In this document: in pieces, positions 1 to 9,970 of the stretch
Numbering within the stretch: position 1 is the stretch's first letter
Layout: each line of letters begins with the position of its first letter
Origin: Candidatus Omnitrophota bacterium
GTDB lineage: Bacteria; Omnitrophota; Gorgyraeia; Tantalellales; Tantalellaceae
Length of the DNA: 64,000 bases
NCBI GenBank assembly: GCA_035403965.1
Contig: DAONGE010000005.1
Span: 11,009 to 75,008, forward strand
Direction of reading: 5' to 3'
The notes under the pieces: generated by a model
What the model was told of the DNA's origin: nothing
Seen by the model: only the letters and a program-made list of their open reading frames with translations
Databases searched by the model: none
Made by a program: the position numbers and the translations under genes

Positions 1-487
1 AGTAGGTGAGGAATTTCTGGCATATTCTCGTTTGAATGGTTTCGTAACAAAAAACGGAGGAAGCTGTCTCTTCGATCCGGTGGATTTTATAAGAACGACT
101 TTAACGTCAAAAGGTCTTTTGCCGGACAATTTTTATGATGTAAACATATGTAGCAAGTGTGCGGTGCATAAGTTCCCGTCATATCGGCGTACCGGCGAAA
201 AGACAAGGACGCTTACTTTTATTGTTAAAAGGGCTGTTGGTTCGTTCCTGTCTCGTGGGGAATAAAAAACTAAAAATATCGGTTTTTATCGTTCTCTTAG
301 TGGTAAAATAAACAAGTTGCCAACTCAGCTTGTTTCTGAGCTCGATACATGATCCGCCGTATTATGCGTAAATATTTGACACTCAAAATTTGTTGTGATA
401 CACTTGGCGAGGTTTGGGAAAAAAGTGATATTGGGTGTATGTAAATTACGTTTAACACTGTGTTTTTTTTAAGAGGGGGGAGTGTTA

Positions 488-775
488 ATGGCGGCTAGTA
501 ACAAAAAAGGAAAATGTCCCGCATGTGGACAGAGTATCCCGGTTGAAGAAGATCTTAATATTGGCGATATGATGTATTGCCCCGAGTGTTATGCGGAACT
601 TGAGATCGTGAAAATGAAACCGGTAACGTTTAAAGAGACGGATAGCCTTAAAGAAGAAGAGGAAGACGCAGAAGATCTTGAATTCGAAGAAGATGATGAC
701 ATGATGGAAGAAGACGAGGATGACGACGGTGATGAGGGTGAGGAAGAAAGCGATGAAGACGAAGAGGATAGGTAG
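488..775 (+). CDS. LysW-like zinc-ribbon protein with long acidic C-terminal tail (amino-group carrier protein family candidate)
   Basis: N-terminal CPxCG...CPECxAELEIV zinc-ribbon pattern as in LysW/ArgW, followed by a roughly 45-aa Glu/Asp tail. RBS GAGGGGGG 7 nt upstream of ATG 488. TTGACA-N17-TACACT promoter at about 376-404. Confidence 0.5.
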   Translation: MAASNKKGKCPACGQSIPVEEDLNIGDMMYCPECYAELEIVKMKPVTFKETDSLKEEEEDAEDLEFEEDDDMMEEDEDDDGDEGEEESDEDEEDR

Positions 776-803
776 TCGCTGATTGAACCAGAGGAGGGGC
801 TTT

Positions 804-1268
804 ATGGTTAGGTCAAAGGTTATTATAAGCGGGATTGTTATGTCGGTTTTGCTTTGTTCCGGCGCGGTGATTTCGTATTCAGCGGAAGGTGTTAATACGC
901 CGCAATCTGCTCCGGCAGTTAAAGAAGCGCAAAGCGCTTCTACCGCTAAAGAAACACAGCCAGTGGTTCCTTCGGTTCCAGCCGTGGGAGATAAAACTGT
1001 TATAAAGGGTACCATAGGCGAGATAGCGGATGATAATACTTACATGGTCGTGAACGGAACTAAGATAAATACCCCTGAAGGTTTTATAGAGGATTATTTT
1101 CTTCTTAAAGGCGATGAAGTTGAAGTGACGGTTAAAAAGATTGACAAGGGGTATGAGGCGGTAGACAGTAATTTTACGTTTACTGATGAAGATATGGATA
1201 ATTCTTTTGATGAAACAGCTGATGAAAGTCCTGCGCCAAAAGGACAAAATCCCGGTGCGGAGAAATAA
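804..1268 (+). CDS. secreted hypothetical protein (signal peptide)
   Basis: ORF with RBS GAGGAGGGG before ATG 804. N-terminal hydrophobic signal sequence. No recognisable domain. Confidence 0.45.
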   Translation: MVRSKVIISGIVMSVLLCSGAVISYSAEGVNTPQSAPAVKEAQSASTAKETQPVVPSVPAVGDKTVIKGTIGEIADDNTYMVVNGTKINTPEGFIEDYFLLKGDEVEVTVKKIDKGYEAVDSNFTFTDEDMDNSFDETADESPAPKGQNPGAEK

Positions 1269-1300
1269 TATTTAAAAAGTTCTCCAGAGGTGTAAAATCG

Positions 1301-1678
1301 ATGGTGAGAAAAACCCTGTTGTTTTTAATGTGTGTTTTGGTTTTGTCGGGGTGTGGTCATCGGGAAATTGCTCTTACTGAAAAAGATGACGGTAGAAAAA
1401 TAAGAATATCCACCGGTGAAAGTATGTCCGTATCATTGGAATCGAATCCCACTACAGGGTATATTTGGGAACCTGCCGAGCTTGACGGAAAGATCTTAAA
1501 ATTCAAAAAGGGTGATTTTAAGCCTAGTTCGGATCTAGTAGGAGCTCCGGGGCGGCAGATATTTTGTTTTAAAGGAATGCTTAAAGGGAAGACAAGTCTT
1601 AAACTGATCTATCATCGCTCATGGGAAAAAAGTGTTCCTTCTGCCAAGACTTTTTCTATAACGGTGGAAGTCAGATAA
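1301..1678 (+). CDS. chagasin-family peptidase inhibitor I42 lipoprotein
   Basis: Lipoprotein signal (LVLSGCG) and the conserved NPTTGYxW motif of inhibitor I42, size about 125 aa. Confidence 0.7.
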   Translation: MVRKTLLFLMCVLVLSGCGHREIALTEKDDGRKIRISTGESMSVSLESNPTTGYIWEPAELDGKILKFKKGDFKPSSDLVGAPGRQIFCFKGMLKGKTSLKLIYHRSWEKSVPSAKTFSITVEVR

Positions 1679-1689
1679 CGTTTGTGTCC

Positions 1690-2802
1690 CTATTTAATCA
1701 GTCGCTCGATCTTTTTAGCGATCGCAAGGCTTGCCGTTAATCCTGGGGATTCTATGCCGATCAGATTTATCATATGAGGGAATCCTTTTTCACTTTCTTC
1801 GCTTATCACAAAGTCTCTGAAAGGTCCGGTTTCTGTCTGTAACTTAGGGCGGATGCCGCTTGATTCGGGTGTGATATCGGATATATCAAGAGACGGTAGA
1901 AAACGCCGGGCCGATGAAAAGAATGTTTCTGTTCGGTTTGGATCGACGGAATACTCGATGTTTCCCACATATTCTGAGTCCGGGCCAAGTCGCAGTCCTC
2001 CGGCAAGATCTGGTGTGAGATGAATGCCCAGATCGATGTCCGAAGGCGGGGGATAAACAAGTCTTGTTATGTTGAATTTCCCCGGTTTTTGTATGCGAAA
2101 ATATTGTCCTTTCGAAAAATGAAGTTTATAGCCGTATTCCTCGACATCGAGTCCCGGCATTTTGGCTATTGCGTCGGAGTAAAGGCCGGCCGCATTGATG
2201 ACCCATGTTGAGCAAAAAGAGAATGATTCGCCGTTCGGTTCTTTTACCGTTATTAAATATTCACCATCGGATCTTTTGATATCCGTAACATCGGTTCCGA
2301 AAACGAAATCTATATCTTTGGAACGGGCATAATCATGCAGAAATTTCATTAGCAAATGGGTATCTACGATGCCTGTATCCGGAATTAACAAAGTTCTTTC
2401 TGAGCGTATAGCCGGTTCCATGCTTTTCAGTTCGTTCTTTTCGATGTAGCGGACATTTTTTATGCCACAGGCAATAGCGTTTAAACGGATCTTTTCTAGT
2501 TTATCAAATTCTGAATTTTCCTGAGCTACGATAAGCTTGCCGGATTTTTTATGTGGGATTGAATGCTTTTTGCAGAGTTCATACAAAAGTTGCCTTCCTT
2601 GTATACAGGTTTCTATTTTTAGACTGCATGGAGGATAGTATATGCCGGCGTGAATGACTTCCGAATTGCGAGAGCTGGTTTCTTGTCCGAAAGACTGATG
2701 TTTTTCAATAACAAGTATGCTTTTGTCGGTTTTGCTGAGGTTGTGCGCAATGGAGAGTCCGACAACCCCGGCTCCAATTATCGTTATATCTATTTTCTCC
2801 AT
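1690..2802 (-). CDS. FAD-dependent oxidoreductase (DAO family, L-2-hydroxyglutarate oxidase-like)
   Basis: N-terminal GxGxxG FAD fold (IIGAGVVGLSIA). Overall DAO/LhgO-like sequence, 370 aa. Confidence 0.65.
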   Translation of the reverse strand: MEKIDITIIGAGVVGLSIAHNLSKTDKSILVIEKHQSFGQETSSRNSEVIHAGIYYPPCSLKIETCIQGRQLLYELCKKHSIPHKKSGKLIVAQENSEFDKLEKIRLNAIACGIKNVRYIEKNELKSMEPAIRSERTLLIPDTGIVDTHLLMKFLHDYARSKDIDFVFGTDVTDIKRSDGEYLITVKEPNGESFSFCSTWVINAAGLYSDAIAKMPGLDVEEYGYKLHFSKGQYFRIQKPGKFNITRLVYPPPSDIDLGIHLTPDLAGGLRLGPDSEYVGNIEYSVDPNRTETFFSSARRFLPSLDISDITPESSGIRPKLQTETGPFRDFVISEESEKGFPHMINLIGIESPGLTASLAIAKKIERLIK

Positions 2803-3031
2803 GGTTCATAACATATTACAGTATATTCGGTTAGAGTGCAATTTCTTTGTGATTTGATATTATTTTCGCCGTTAATGGCCTGGGATTAAACTCTGAAAGG
2901 TCTTGTCTTTTGTTGGAGATCAGAATATATTCATTGGAAATTTGCATTGTTAGGAATATTTAGATAAAATAAAGTTAGTATGTTGGTACAATTTCTTCCA
3001 ATGCAAAGGCGCACATGGGGGAGTGGTAGGA

Positions 3032-4447
3032 ATGGCTGGAAAACAGGTAAAAGAGACAATACGGGTGCTTATACTGGAAGACAATGACGTTGACAGTCGG
3101 TTGCTGAGCAATACCCTTCTCGAATCATCCCAGTATGAATATACGATCAAAGTAACAGAAACCCTCAAAGCGGCGTTGGAAGTCCTCGCTAGTGAAAGAT
3201 TTGATATAGTTTTGCTTGATCTCAACCTTTCTGACAGCAAAGGTACAGATACGGTCATGCGTATAAGCCAGGCCAAACCTGATCTACCGATCATAGTAAT
3301 AACAGGCGAATATGATGAAAGTAAGGGGATAGACGCTCTGAATAAGGGGGCGCAGGAATATCTCATTAAGGGTGGTTTTAGTGGAAAAATGCTCGATAAG
3401 GTGATACGGTATTCTGTTGAGAGAAAAAAAACCGAAAAAGTTCTTTTAGAAGAGCAACGTATCTTTTCGACTGTTGTAGGTAATCTACCCGGGATGGCAT
3501 ATCGTGCCTACAACGATACCCGTCGAACTATGGAATTTATCAGTGGTGGTAGTTTCGGTCTTACCGGATATGATCCGGAACATCTGATGAACAATACAAA
3601 GATGGCATACCGTGACATTATAAAAAAAGAGGACAGGGACCTTGTTTGGTATAGCATACAAAACGGTGTTTCCGAGCATAAAATATACAAAATGGGTTAT
3701 AGGATCAGTGCCGCGGATGGTAGAGAAAAATGGGTGTGGGAACAGGGGCAGGGAGTTTTTACGCCCGACGGAAAATTGCTTTTTCTAGAAGGTTTCATAA
3801 TGGATATCAGTGACCGGAAAAGGACCGAAAATGAGCTGGAACACACGATATCGGCTCTTGCAAAAACTTTCGAAGATATGGTGCATGCGCTGGCTTTAAC
3901 CGTAGAAATGAGGGATCCGTATACGGCAGGGCACCAAAAGAGAGTGGCGCAGTTATCGTACGCGCTCGCGAAGGAGCTGGATCTTGGAACGGAAACTGCA
4001 CAGGGGGTATATCTGGCGGGACTTGTGCATGACGTGGGAAAGATATATATCCCGGTCGAGATCCTGGGTAGTCCCCGTAAATTGAATGACGTGGAGTTTT
4101 CTATAATAAAAACTCATTCAAAGGTCGGATTTGATATTCTTAAAAACATTAAATCTCCGTGGCCGATAGCCGAGGTAGCTCTTCAGCATCATGAACGCAT
4201 AAACGGCAGTGGGTATCCGGAAGGTATATGCGGAGATACTATCTTGACCGAGTCAAAGATAGTATCGGTAGCCGATGTTGTTGAGGCGATGGCGTCTCAT
4301 AGACCATATCGTGCCGCTCTTGGAGTCGATATGGCGCTGGCGGAGATACGCCGTAACTCGGGAACATGTTTTGATCCGAAAATAGTCGATGCGTGTGAAG
4401 TGCTTTTTCGGAAAAAAAGTTTTGATTTCAGCGATCCGATCTCCTGA
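3032..4447 (+). CDS. response regulator with REC-PAS-HD-GYP domains (c-di-GMP phosphodiesterase)
   Basis: Receiver domain with phospho-acceptor Asp (ILLDLNLSD), a PAS-like middle region, and an HD-GYP domain (HxxRVA...HDVGK...HHERxNGSGYP). RBS GGGGGAG before ATG 3032. Confidence 0.8.
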   Translation: MAGKQVKETIRVLILEDNDVDSRLLSNTLLESSQYEYTIKVTETLKAALEVLASERFDIVLLDLNLSDSKGTDTVMRISQAKPDLPIIVITGEYDESKGIDALNKGAQEYLIKGGFSGKMLDKVIRYSVERKKTEKVLLEEQRIFSTVVGNLPGMAYRAYNDTRRTMEFISGGSFGLTGYDPEHLMNNTKMAYRDIIKKEDRDLVWYSIQNGVSEHKIYKMGYRISAADGREKWVWEQGQGVFTPDGKLLFLEGFIMDISDRKRTENELEHTISALAKTFEDMVHALALTVEMRDPYTAGHQKRVAQLSYALAKELDLGTETAQGVYLAGLVHDVGKIYIPVEILGSPRKLNDVEFSIIKTHSKVGFDILKNIKSPWPIAEVALQHHERINGSGYPEGICGDTILTESKIVSVADVVEAMASHRPYRAALGVDMALAEIRRNSGTCFDPKIVDACEVLFRKKSFDFSDPIS

Positions 4448-4614
4448 AGAATTTTTAAACCATATGTCCGGAGTTCCTGTCTTATCCCTGAATGATCGAT
4501 AGTAGTCCGTATGCCCTACAAATTTCGGGTTTAAAAAGACCGGGATTTGATATATAATAATGCCGTTTTTTATATGTAAGGATATTAGGACCTTTATTCT
4601 AAAAGGAGACAAAG

Positions 4615-5793
4615 ATGAGCAGGGTTTTGATAATCGGCGCAGGTGGAGTTGGCGGAGTCGTGACGCACAAATGTGCTCAGGTGCCTGAGGTGTTCAGCGA
4701 GATCATGCTTGCCAGCAGGACTCTTGAAAAATGTAAGAAAGTGGCGGCCGGAATAAAACGTCCGATAAAGACGGCTAAGGTCGATGCGGATAATCCAAAA
4801 GAAACTATAAAACTAATAAAGAGCTTTAAGCCGGACCTGGTTGTAAATGTAGCGCTTCCTTATCAGGATCTCGCGATAATGGACGCGTGTCTTGCAACAG
4901 GTGTCAATTATCTCGATACGGCTAATTATGAGCCGCGCGATGAGGCGAAATTTTGTTATAAATGGCAGTGGGCGTACAAGACTCGTTTTAAAAAAGCCGG
5001 ATTGATGGCCGTTCTGGGATGCGGGTTCGATCCGGGCGTGACGAATATTTTTTGTGCATATGCGCAAAAACATTATTTCGACGAAATCCATTCGGTGGAG
5101 ATAATGGATTGTAATGCCGGGTCGCATGGGCATCCGTTCGCTACAAATTTTAATCCGGAGATCAACATAAGGGAAATTACGCAGCGCGGTAAATACTGGG
5201 AGAACGGCAAATGGATAGAGACGGATCCTTTGTCGGTGCATGAAACATTCGATTTTCCCGAGGTTGGTCCGAAAGAAATGTATCTCATGTATCATGAGGA
5301 GCTTGAATCTCTGGTGAAAAATATAAAGGGGCTTAAAAGGATACGTTTTTGGATGACATTCGGTCAGGAATATCTGACGCATCTGAGAGTTCTCCAGAAC
5401 GTTGGTATGACACGTATCGATCCCGTTATTTATGAAGGGAAAGAAATAGTTCCTCTTCAGTTTCTTAAGGCCGTTCTGCCGGAACCCGCTTCTCTTGGCG
5501 TGAATTACAAAGGGAAAACTAACATCGGATGTATGATGGAAGGCATCAAGGACGGAAAACACCGCAAAATATATATCTACAACGTGTGTGATCACGCGGA
5601 ATGTTACAAAGAGGTTAAAGCCCAGGCGATCTCTTATACCACTGGAGTCCCCGCCATGATCGGCGCGATGATGGCCCTCAAAGGCGAGTGGAAAGGTAAA
5701 GGCGTGTATAACGTAGAAGAGTTTAACCCGGATCCTTTTATGGAAAAATTGAACAAACACGGTTTGCCGTGGGTGATTAAAGAGATAAAATGA
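4615..5793 (+). CDS. carboxynorspermidine/carboxyspermidine dehydrogenase (saccharopine dehydrogenase family)
   Basis: Rossmann N-terminus IIGAGGVGG. Saccharopine-dehydrogenase-like. Immediately upstream of nspC as in known norspermidine operons. Confidence 0.75.
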   Translation: MSRVLIIGAGGVGGVVTHKCAQVPEVFSEIMLASRTLEKCKKVAAGIKRPIKTAKVDADNPKETIKLIKSFKPDLVVNVALPYQDLAIMDACLATGVNYLDTANYEPRDEAKFCYKWQWAYKTRFKKAGLMAVLGCGFDPGVTNIFCAYAQKHYFDEIHSVEIMDCNAGSHGHPFATNFNPEINIREITQRGKYWENGKWIETDPLSVHETFDFPEVGPKEMYLMYHEELESLVKNIKGLKRIRFWMTFGQEYLTHLRVLQNVGMTRIDPVIYEGKEIVPLQFLKAVLPEPASLGVNYKGKTNIGCMMEGIKDGKHRKIYIYNVCDHAECYKEVKAQAISYTTGVPAMIGAMMALKGEWKGKGVYNVEEFNPDPFMEKLNKHGLPWVIKEIK

Positions 5794-5860
5794 TGGAATT
5801 AACGGGAAAATAGAATACGGGGAACGGATGTCCGTTCCCCGTATTTTTTAGAAAGAAAAC

Positions 5861-7015
5861 ATGAAAAATAACGTAAAAACATTCGTGAAGGATCTTGAAT
5901 ACACGCCCTGTTATGTGGTGGATGAAAGCCTTTTAAGGCGCAACCTGTCTGTGCTGAAGCATGTTCAGGAAGAAACGGGTTGCAAGATCATACTCGCACT
6001 TAAAGGGTTCGCGATGTTCAGTGTTTTTCCTGTTATCAGGGAATATTTAAAAGGCGTGACCGCAAGTTCTTTGGACGAGGCCCGCCTCGGTTTCGAGGAA
6101 TTTGGCGGGGAAGTTCACGCTTGCGCTCCCGCGTACAGAAAAGAAGAGATGAAAGAATTAATGAAGTACTGTTGTCATATTACTTTCAATTCTTTTTCGC
6201 AGTGGGAAAAATTTAAACCCGTTCTTATGTCATCGAAGAAAAAAGTGGAAGCGGGGCTAAGGATAAATCCCGAACATTCAGAAGTTAAGGTGAAAATATA
6301 TGACCCGTGCGCGTCTGGATCCCGCCTTGGTATAAAGCTAAGAGATTTTGAGAATAAAGATCTTTCCGGGATCACCGGGCTTCATTTCCATACGTTGTGT
6401 GAACTCAATTCGGATTCACTGGAGAGAACGCTGAGTGCCGTCGAAAAACGATTTGGTAGATATATAGAGTCCATGAAATGGATAAATTTTGGCGGAGGGC
6501 ATCATATAACGCGTAAAGATTACGATGTAAGGTTGCTGTGCCGGCTGATTAAAAATTTCAAGAAAAAATATAATACTGAAGTTTATCTCGAGCCCGGAGA
6601 AGCGATCGCGTTGAATACGGGTTTTCTTGTATCTGAGGTTATGGACATAGTTCATAACGAGATGGATATCGCCATACTCGATACGTCGGCCGCCGCTCAT
6701 ATGCCGGATGTCCTGGAAATGCCATATAGGCCAAAAATAATAGGAGCAGGTATTCCGGGTGAAAAAAAAATCACTTACAGGCTGGCCGGGATGACATGTC
6801 TTGCCGGTGACGTGATAGGCGATTATTCTTTTTCGCGTCGACTCAAACCCGGAGATAGACTCGTGTTCACGGATATGGCGCATTATACAATGGTCAAAAA
6901 TAATACGTTCAACGGGATACGGCTTCCGTCCATCGCCGTTTATGAGCCTGCCCCAAAACGTGTCCGCATCGTACGTAAATTTTCTTATCAGGACTACCGG
7001 AATAGATTGTCGTAA
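5861..7015 (+). CDS. nspC: carboxynorspermidine/carboxyspermidine decarboxylase
   Basis: PLP-dependent Orn/DAP decarboxylase fold with NspC-type N-terminus (YTPCYVVDE...LKHV). Paired with CANSDH. Confidence 0.8.
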   Translation: MKNNVKTFVKDLEYTPCYVVDESLLRRNLSVLKHVQEETGCKIILALKGFAMFSVFPVIREYLKGVTASSLDEARLGFEEFGGEVHACAPAYRKEEMKELMKYCCHITFNSFSQWEKFKPVLMSSKKKVEAGLRINPEHSEVKVKIYDPCASGSRLGIKLRDFENKDLSGITGLHFHTLCELNSDSLERTLSAVEKRFGRYIESMKWINFGGGHHITRKDYDVRLLCRLIKNFKKKYNTEVYLEPGEAIALNTGFLVSEVMDIVHNEMDIAILDTSAAAHMPDVLEMPYRPKIIGAGIPGEKKITYRLAGMTCLAGDVIGDYSFSRRLKPGDRLVFTDMAHYTMVKNNTFNGIRLPSIAVYEPAPKRVRIVRKFSYQDYRNRLS

Positions 7016-7452
7016 ACTAAACGCGGATCGATATCATATACTAAATCAAAAAACGTTTCATTTGCGGAGAAGTTTGTGTTCTTTCTACCGTGGATCCACC
7101 TTCGCCGAACTATTTCATGTTATTTGGCTACGGCGGACAGGCTGCTCGAAATCCATGTCATGCCCGAATGCATCTATCGGGCATCCATAACATTAAAGTC
7201 ATCTGATTTTCATATTATAGATTCCCGCTAAATGCGTGCGGAAATGACATCAATGCATCATCCCCGCAGGGGCTATCTGGGAATGATGTTTACTCTTTTT
7301 CCTGCGCACAACGGGTGCGCTCCGCTGTCAAATCCATGTACTTTGTGATAAACTTTATTAAATATTAAATACCGGATGGGATGCGGCCTTGGTGCGTTTT
7401 TGTTGCGATGTTTGTGGCTGGGGTCGATCTAAGGATCCGGAACGGAGGGATC

Positions 7453-8433
7453 ATGGAGCAAATGATAAAAAGAATGCTGAATATGTGCAGATCACGAATA
7501 ACACGTTCGGGTTTTCTTAAGGTATGCGGGGGTTTGCTGGTTTTTTCTTTTTTTCAGAATAAATTCGCTAAATACGCGCTTGCCGCGGCGCCTGAGTCTA
7601 CCGGAAGACAGAAAAAAGATATAAAGACCGAATATGATCTGGTGGTGGCCACTGGTAATGATCCCTACAATAATACCGTGAAAGCCGTGGAGGCTATGGG
7701 GGGTATGGGGCGTTTTGTGAAAAAAGGAGATGTTGTTGTAGTAAAACCTAATATTGGATGGGACAGAAGTCCTGCGCAGGGTGCGAATACCGAGCCGGCT
7801 GTTGTGGCAGCGCTTATAGACATGTGTTTTAAGGAGGGCGCGCGTAAAGTCAATGTGTTCGATGTGCCTTGCGATGACGAAAAGAAAACATATGAGAACA
7901 GCGGCATCGCGAAGATAGCGAAAGAGCACGGCGCCAACGTATATTTCGCGAATCATTGGAATATCGTAAGCGCTAAGTTCCCGTACAAGAGCCCGATGGA
8001 GAAATGGCCGATATTGCGCGACGCCGTGGATTGTGATGTGTTCATAAATGTGCCGGTTCTGAAGCATCACGCGCTTACTGGGCTTACTCTGTCCATAAAA
8101 AATCTTATGGGGGTATGCAGCGGTATGCGAGGGAAAATGCATGTCGATATAGGGAACAAGGTGTCGGATATGGCGGATTTTATAAAACCCGAACTTACGG
8201 TGATGGACGCCACAAGGGTGCTTCTCAGAAACGGTCCGACCGGAGGGAATCTTGCGGATGTGGCGGTATTTAATAAAGTAATAGTCGGCGTAGATCCTGT
8301 TTTGGTAGACGCTTATTCCGCGTCGCTTGTAAATAGAGAGCCCGCGAGTATCTCTTATATACGGTTGGCGGCCGAAAAAAAACTTGGTAGCATGGATATC
8401 GACAAAGCTAAAGTATTTAATTTGACCGTTTAA
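7453..8433 (+). CDS. DUF362 domain protein with possible Tat-type signal
   Basis: DUF362-like sequence (VVVKPNIGWDR...). N-terminal RSRITRSGFLKV followed by a hydrophobic stretch and AxA. RBS GGAGGG before ATG 7453. The longer ORF from 7381 is rejected. Confidence 0.6.
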   Translation: MEQMIKRMLNMCRSRITRSGFLKVCGGLLVFSFFQNKFAKYALAAAPESTGRQKKDIKTEYDLVVATGNDPYNNTVKAVEAMGGMGRFVKKGDVVVVKPNIGWDRSPAQGANTEPAVVAALIDMCFKEGARKVNVFDVPCDDEKKTYENSGIAKIAKEHGANVYFANHWNIVSAKFPYKSPMEKWPILRDAVDCDVFINVPVLKHHALTGLTLSIKNLMGVCSGMRGKMHVDIGNKVSDMADFIKPELTVMDATRVLLRNGPTGGNLADVAVFNKVIVGVDPVLVDAYSASLVNREPASISYIRLAAEKKLGSMDIDKAKVFNLTV

Positions 8434-8449
8434 CGGAGCGATTAACGAA

Positions 8450-9970
8450 ATGAAAAAATTGACGATGATCAGATCGGCCGCGCAAACAATATCGTTAATG
8501 GTATTTGTTTCTATCCTCTGGTACACCGCGTATCCGTTGAAGGGGCTATTGCCGTCCGGGTTGTTCTTTAAGCTGGATCCCTTGCTTATGACGATGGCCG
8601 CGATAAGCGAAAGAGCGATAATTCCCGGCATGATGTTTGCCGCGGCCATGCTTCTTGCCGCTTTGATCCTGGGAAGATTTTTTTGCGGGTGGATATGTCC
8701 GTTGGGGGCATGTGTGGACCTTGCGGGCGGTATAAGGAAAAAAACCTTGAAGAACAGCGATATGTTGAGGAAATCGCGTTTTATAAAATTTTTTATCCTG
8801 ACGGTAGTCGTATTTTTAGCTGTTCTCGGATATCAGGCGGCATGGATTATGGATCCGACGGTTATCGCGGGGCGCGCCGTTTCGATGAATGTCATCCCGG
8901 CCGTTATATTCGCGGTAGACAAAGTGTTCATAATTGCCGTGCAGTCCCTGGGAAGCCATGGAGGGGCTGTATATGATGTATACACTAATCTGCGTTCGTC
9001 TTTTCTCGCGGAAGGAGTTCGCTGTTATCAGGGCTCGTTCATGTTTTTTATATGTTTTTTATTTCCGTTGGTGACGGCCGTGTTTGTCGCGCGATTTTGG
9101 TGCCGCGCGTTGTGCCCGTTGGGGGCGTTGTACGGCGTTACCGCGAAATTATCTTTGCTGAGAAGGCATGCCGAAAAGTGCGGGCATTGCGGTTTATGCG
9201 CGGCGAAGTGCAGAATGGGGGCGATATTCGCCGACGGTCAAAAATATGATCCGGCCGAGTGCGTTCTTTGTATGGATTGTGTCTATGTGTGTAAAGTCAA
9301 CGCTGTGAAGTTTTCTTTTGACCGCGAAAAGCAATCTGAAGCCGGACAGCCCGGAGGGCGCTCCGGTATAACACGGCATGAATTTATCGCGTTCTTGGCG
9401 GCGGCTTTAATGTCGTTCGGGTTTGATATTAAAGGTAAACTGTTCGGGGGAACAAAAAAAACCGTTATTCGCCCGCCGGCCGCGCTGGAAGAGAGTGATT
9501 TTGTAAAACGTTGCGTGCGATGCGGTAATTGTATGAAAGTATGCGTTACGAACGGGTTGCAGCCGGTGTTTTTTGAGGCCGGGCCCGAGGCGGTGTGGAC
9601 CCCGAAGCTGGCGCCGGAGATAGGATATTGCCAATTCGACTGTAATATGTGCGGCAAAGTATGTCCAAGCGGGGCGATACCTCACTTAGATGTGCATAAA
9701 AAACAGGGAATTAAGCTCGGGACCGCGTGCGTCAATAAGGGTGTTTGTCTCGCGTGGCACGACAAAGTGGAATGTATTGTATGCGAAGAACATTGTCCGA
9801 TCCCGGAGAAGGCGATAAAACTCGAATCTGAGGTTGTCGATGGCGTTACGATCCATAAGCCGTATGTCGATAAAGATCTCTGTGTCGGATGCGGTATGTG
9901 CGAAAATAAATGCCCGGTAAGGCCGATACGGGCGATAACGGTCGATTCTTCGACCGCCGAAAGGTCATGA
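8450..9970 (+). CDS. NapH/MauN-like membrane-bound polyferredoxin (multiple 4Fe-4S clusters)
   Basis: Several transmembrane segments. Two CX3CP motifs (FCGWICPLG, WCRALCPLG) typical of the NapH/NosR/MauN family. At least four additional CxxCxxCxxxCP ferredoxin motifs at the C-terminus. Confidence 0.75.
   Translation: MKKLTMIRSAAQTISLMVFVSILWYTAYPLKGLLPSGLFFKLDPLLMTMAAISERAIIPGMMFAAAMLLAALILGRFFCGWICPLGACVDLAGGIRKKTLKNSDMLRKSRFIKFFILTVVVFLAVLGYQAAWIMDPTVIAGRAVSMNVIPAVIFAVDKVFIIAVQSLGSHGGAVYDVYTNLRSSFLAEGVRCYQGSFMFFICFLFPLVTAVFVARFWCRALCPLGALYGVTAKLSLLRRHAEKCGHCGLCAAKCRMGAIFADGQKYDPAECVLCMDCVYVCKVNAVKFSFDREKQSEAGQPGGRSGITRHEFIAFLAAALMSFGFDIKGKLFGGTKKTVIRPPAALEESDFVKRCVRCGNCMKVCVTNGLQPVFFEAGPEAVWTPKLAPEIGYCQFDCNMCGKVCPSGAIPHLDVHKKQGIKLGTACVNKGVCLAWHDKVECIVCEEHCPIPEKAIKLESEVVDGVTIHKPYVDKDLCVGCGMCENKCPVRPIRAITVDSSTAERS

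Noticed and set aside
32-265. 77-aa ORF at the window start
   Set aside because: No RBS, no recognisable motif, window-edge context unknown. Left unannotated.
7157-7185. Hairpin ATGCCCGA-ATGCATCTA-TCGGGCAT in the nspC to DUF362 spacer as a terminator
   Set aside because: Good 8-bp stem but no T-run on either strand. Could be a protein-binding palindrome or an RNA stability element. Insufficient evidence to call.
7492-8649. 385-aa minus-strand ORF antisense to the DUF362 gene
   Set aside because: Entirely overlaps a + strand gene with clear domain content. Low-complexity product. Typical antisense shadow ORF. The same applies to 485..1015(-), 879..1247(-), 4813..5760(-), 6416..6883(-), 26475..27449(-), 28234..28851(-), 29215..29745(-), 32943..33383(-) and similar.
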